Of a stretch of 64,000 nt of DNA, positions 61,901-64,000 are shown piece after piece (the stretch's first letter is position 1; every line of letters begins with the position of its first letter). Position numbers and translations under genes: made by a program. Origin of the DNA: Candidatus Poribacteria bacterium (GTDB lineage Bacteria > Poribacteria > WGA-4E > WGA-3G); NCBI GenBank assembly GCA_964291315.2, contig OZ219753.1:1536001-1600000 (forward strand). The letters are read 5' to 3'. The notes beneath the pieces were generated by a model, which ran no database searches, had not been told where the DNA came from, and worked only from the letters and a program-made list of their open reading frames with translations.

Positions 61901-62083
61901 GGCGTGCATCTGATATTGCGGGATGAGCGTCGCTTTCATCTGCTTCGCGCAAGTATCGAGCAAGAAGGCGAACGGATTGCTGACTGCCCCCTCGTGCGTT
62001 GCCTTGTGCTGGTCGTATGCCTGCAGCGTGGCGTAATAGTCGCGGATCGGTTTGTGGGTGGGTTTGAGTTTGAGTTGTGGCAT
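58985..62083 (-). CDS. Single-polypeptide Type ISP/IIL-like restriction-modification enzyme, copy B
   Basis: Same architecture as 4505-7570 with long identical peptide blocks; recognition loops differ. Confidence 0.88.
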   Translation of the reverse strand: MPQLKLKPTHKPIRDYYATLQAYDQHKATHEGAVSNPFAFLLDTCAKQMKATLIPQYQMHAPNGNRIIIDGAILDEYSLPLAYWEAKDIDDDLPKAVEEKRAAGYPLDNILFQNPQRAILYQNGAEVLDVDITAPVSLIAALEALFAYVPPALENWQSAVNDFKEHVPALAGKLKQLIEEQHTGDAGFQAAFASFYETCRTAINPELSHDEVEEMLIQHILTERIFRTVFNNSDFTRRNIIAREIENVVDKLIHRAFSRDVFLEPLDRFYSAIEQAALFCKDFSQKQHFLNTFYEQFFQGFSEDTADTHGIVYTPQPIVDFMVNSVQHLLEAEFDRSLSDSGVHIIDPFVGTGNFIVRLMQDIQGTTLETKYRGELHCNEVMLLPYYIASLNIEQEYFRRTGAYLPFEGIVLADTFELLEQEQGQLFTRENTERVKRQKSADMFVVIGNPPYNTRQVSENDNNKNRKYPLMDALLRDTYSQDSKASNKNALSDPYVKAILWASQRIGEEGIVALVTNNSFLDGIAFDGMRKHLAQDFNAIYVLDLGGDVRQNPKLSGTTHNVFGIQVGVSINFLIKRNSVKTYSNPTEIFYASVNKFWRKEEKHHYLDSKQNYQKVEWRQITPDGHHTWLTERLRPEFETFVPIGTKAAKAKKGAATEVIFKTYSNGVGTARDAWVYNFNRDALTENISRMIENYNAEVARWTQRTNREANVDNFVVYDDTKIKWSSTLKQKLQSGQTTAFTDAKIRSSLYRPFTKSNLYFDRMMNHRVAGFPSIFPTPETESENRVLCVNGIGSKKPFHPLMVAAIPCLGIVDANQSFPFYSYNEDGSNRRENITDWALFTFRSHYKDDAISKWDIFHYTYGLLHHPDYRERYEANLKRDLPHMPFATDFWAFATAGAQLAELHVNYEAAQKFPLKYRETPDTPVDWRVEKMKLSKDKTQLKYNDFLTLEGIPAEAFEYRLGTRSALEWVIDQYRVKTHSRSGLVNDPNRSDAPRYIVDLVARVISVSLKTVEIVKRLPDLSLSDTRNISF

Positions 62084-62101
62084 ACGGATATAATAGTAGA
62101 T

Positions 62102-63148
62102 CTACGAAACAGAAACAGGATCGCCTTCAGAGCGCAACCCCGCCTCATAAACCTTCATGACTTCTAGGGCAAACTCGAGCGATCCCTGCTCTGCCGGTTT
62201 GCCTTCTAATATACAGTCACAAAAATACCGCATCTCTTGATAGAATCCTTGTATAAAAAGTCCCTTATTCTCAAGTGTTCCGAGGCTGTTTTGGGGTTCC
62301 CAGACGATTGCCCCACTATTAAAACCTTGTGGCACATAACTCGTACTGTTCCTATAATTGAAGGGCATGCCGCGCTGGAGTGAGACGTGTGTACTGTTCC
62401 GAATTTCGGCGTGACATCCATCCCCAAAGAATTGATAGAGTTCCGAGGGTTGCCCGTGCCTCGCGCCGTCAGCAAGATGGAAGTTTCCGAGTGCACCGCT
62501 TTCATATTCTAATATACACGCCCCGCCACCGCGCTGGCTCCTGTGAAGGGTGACAGTCGCAACTTTCCCGCCGACAGCGACAAACAGTGATATAGGATGA
62601 CATCCATTTTGGAGCCAGTTTGTATGCTCTTTTTCACGCAGCACACGTTTCCCGTCGCTCGGAATTGTCATCGGATAGACTCCTAGAAGGCTTCTTAAGG
62701 GCCCATATTCATCCGTTGCGAAGATTTCGATAATCTTTTGCGTAGCTGGCATAAACACCTTTTTGAATCCGACGACAACAACGCGGTCCTTTCGGTGAGC
62801 AATCATTTCGGAAACTTCGTCGGCAAACATGCCGGGCGGTTTTTCTAACCAGACGTGGGCACCTGCGTCTAGGGCTTTGCATGTCAATTCAGGGTGAAGA
62901 CGCGGCGGTACACAGAGAAAAATGGCATCCAATGTTTCATGCTCAAACATCGATTCCATGTTTGAATAAAAAGCATCGACCCCATACTGCTTAGCGGTAG
63001 CATGCGCCCGATCCGTATTAAGATCGCACAGTGCTTTCAGCCGGACCGGAAGAAACGTCATTGTCGGTAGTACATTCCGATAACCGTGGGAACCCACGCC
63101 AACGACTGCAACATCCAATCGCTTTTCAAATTCTCTCTGATAATTCAT
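62102..63148 (-). CDS. Gfo/Idh/MocA family oxidoreductase
   Basis: GVGSHG, EKPP, VGFKK and NGCHP motifs. Confidence 0.9.
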   Translation of the reverse strand: MNYQREFEKRLDVAVVGVGSHGYRNVLPTMTFLPVRLKALCDLNTDRAHATAKQYGVDAFYSNMESMFEHETLDAIFLCVPPRLHPELTCKALDAGAHVWLEKPPGMFADEVSEMIAHRKDRVVVVGFKKVFMPATQKIIEIFATDEYGPLRSLLGVYPMTIPSDGKRVLREKEHTNWLQNGCHPISLFVAVGGKVATVTLHRSQRGGGACILEYESGALGNFHLADGARHGQPSELYQFFGDGCHAEIRNSTHVSLQRGMPFNYRNSTSYVPQGFNSGAIVWEPQNSLGTLENKGLFIQGFYQEMRYFCDCILEGKPAEQGSLEFALEVMKVYEAGLRSEGDPVSVS

Positions 63149-63150
63149 CA

Positions 63151-64000
63151 CTACTCCGATGAAAGCAGGTTCTCAAGATAGGCATCTAGGTCTCTTTTCA
63201 TCTTCTGCAATTCGCCTTGGTCAATGTACATCATGTGTCCGGCATGGTAGTAAGCCGTTGAAATGTTGTTCTGCAAGGATCTGTCGAGTCCAAGGTGGGT
63301 GAACGTATATTCTGATGCCAAAAACGGCGTTGCAAGATCGTAATAGCCGTTTGCAACAAAGACCTTTAGGGCAGGATTGGTGGTCATCGCCTTCCGAAGC
63401 GTATCTGCCACGTTAACATATGTGTTCTGATGGTCGCTGTAATCCCAGGGATGCACGCGCCTGCTCAGGATTTCGTACGGAAGGTCAGACGCGAATGCCA
63501 GCTCATCCCGGACGTAGGCGTTGAGCATTGCAGTATAAGCACCTTGGACGACAGCAGAGCTCGGATCGTACTCATAGGTCTCGCCTGCTGAATCCCGGTC
63601 GATGCCTTTGTAGCGGCTATCGAACCGTCCAACCGTGCGCCCTTCGTCCCGGAGGAGCTCCTTGCAAAAACGCCCGATATTGATGCGTAAGTCTGTTCGT
63701 TCGATGTATTCTGAGGCAAGTCCGGTATATTGGGCGAGTTTTTGGATAATATTTGCACGTCGATCAGGCGGTAGGTCGCTCCCTTGCATCAGAGCAGTCG
63801 TATAATCCCCCATAGCGAATTGGCGGACTTCATCCATGAATGCCTCAAATTGACCGTTTCTGTCCAATTTATCGTGATAGAATGCCGTCGCTGCGTATGT
63901 AGGCAGGTAGAGGATATAGGGCAGATCGTTCCCAGGCGCAAAACGGATCGTCTGAAAATTCAGCACCACTGACACAAGGATAATACCGTTGAGATAGGCA
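63151..64000 (-). CDS. Peptidase S10 (serine carboxypeptidase), C-terminal part; runs off the window edge
   Basis: [25 protein letters not shown] and AGHMMY motifs. Confidence 0.85.
   Translation of the reverse strand, partial: AYLNGIILVSVVLNFQTIRFAPGNDLPYILYLPTYAATAFYHDKLDRNGQFEAFMDEVRQFAMGDYTTALMQGSDLPPDRRANIIQKLAQYTGLASEYIERTDLRINIGRFCKELLRDEGRTVGRFDSRYKGIDRDSAGETYEYDPSSAVVQGAYTAMLNAYVRDELAFASDLPYEILSRRVHPWDYSDHQNTYVNVADTLRKAMTTNPALKVFVANGYYDLATPFLASEYTFTHLGLDRSLQNNISTAYYHAGHMMYIDQGELQKMKRDLDAYLENLLSSE

Noticed and set aside
1-64000. CRISPR array, rRNA, tRNA, reverse transcriptase (DGR or retron), integrase or transposase
   Set aside because: No regularly spaced short repeats, cloverleaf, RT motif or recombinase-like ORF was seen by eye; a covariance-model scan would be needed to exclude small RNAs fully.

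Overview
Gene-dense bacterial chromosomal segment. The combination of PhyH-family dioxygenases (one fused to HEAT repeats), Gfo/Idh/MocA and aldo/keto oxidoreductases and many DNA methyltransferases suggests a Candidatus Poribacteria-like organism; this is an inference, not a classification. Core loci are nuoA-D, pdxH, trkAH, the glycine cleavage operon gcvT-H-P, rimP-nusA-ylxR-infB-DUF503-rbfA-nrnA-ribF, rpsO-pnp, acs, nfuA and a TolC/MFP/ABC exporter. Six DNA methyltransferase or restriction-modification genes are scattered among them, with no integrase or transposase. They include two paralogue pairs whose catalytic blocks are near-identical while the target-recognition segments differ. The first pair is two tandem beta-class MTases inside the gcv operon, one of which has lost its nuclease domain in frame. 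The second is two inverted helicase-less Type ISP-like genes about 51 kb apart. Other unusual features: a sigma70 factor whose region 1.2/2.1 junction is amplified seven-fold, an HxG (halogenase-like) Fe/2OG enzyme, a probable CC-adding enzyme, an isolated beta-RFAP synthase and two candidate structured non-coding RNAs. No rRNA, tRNA, CRISPR array or reverse transcriptase was found. All family assignments come from motif recognition by eye.
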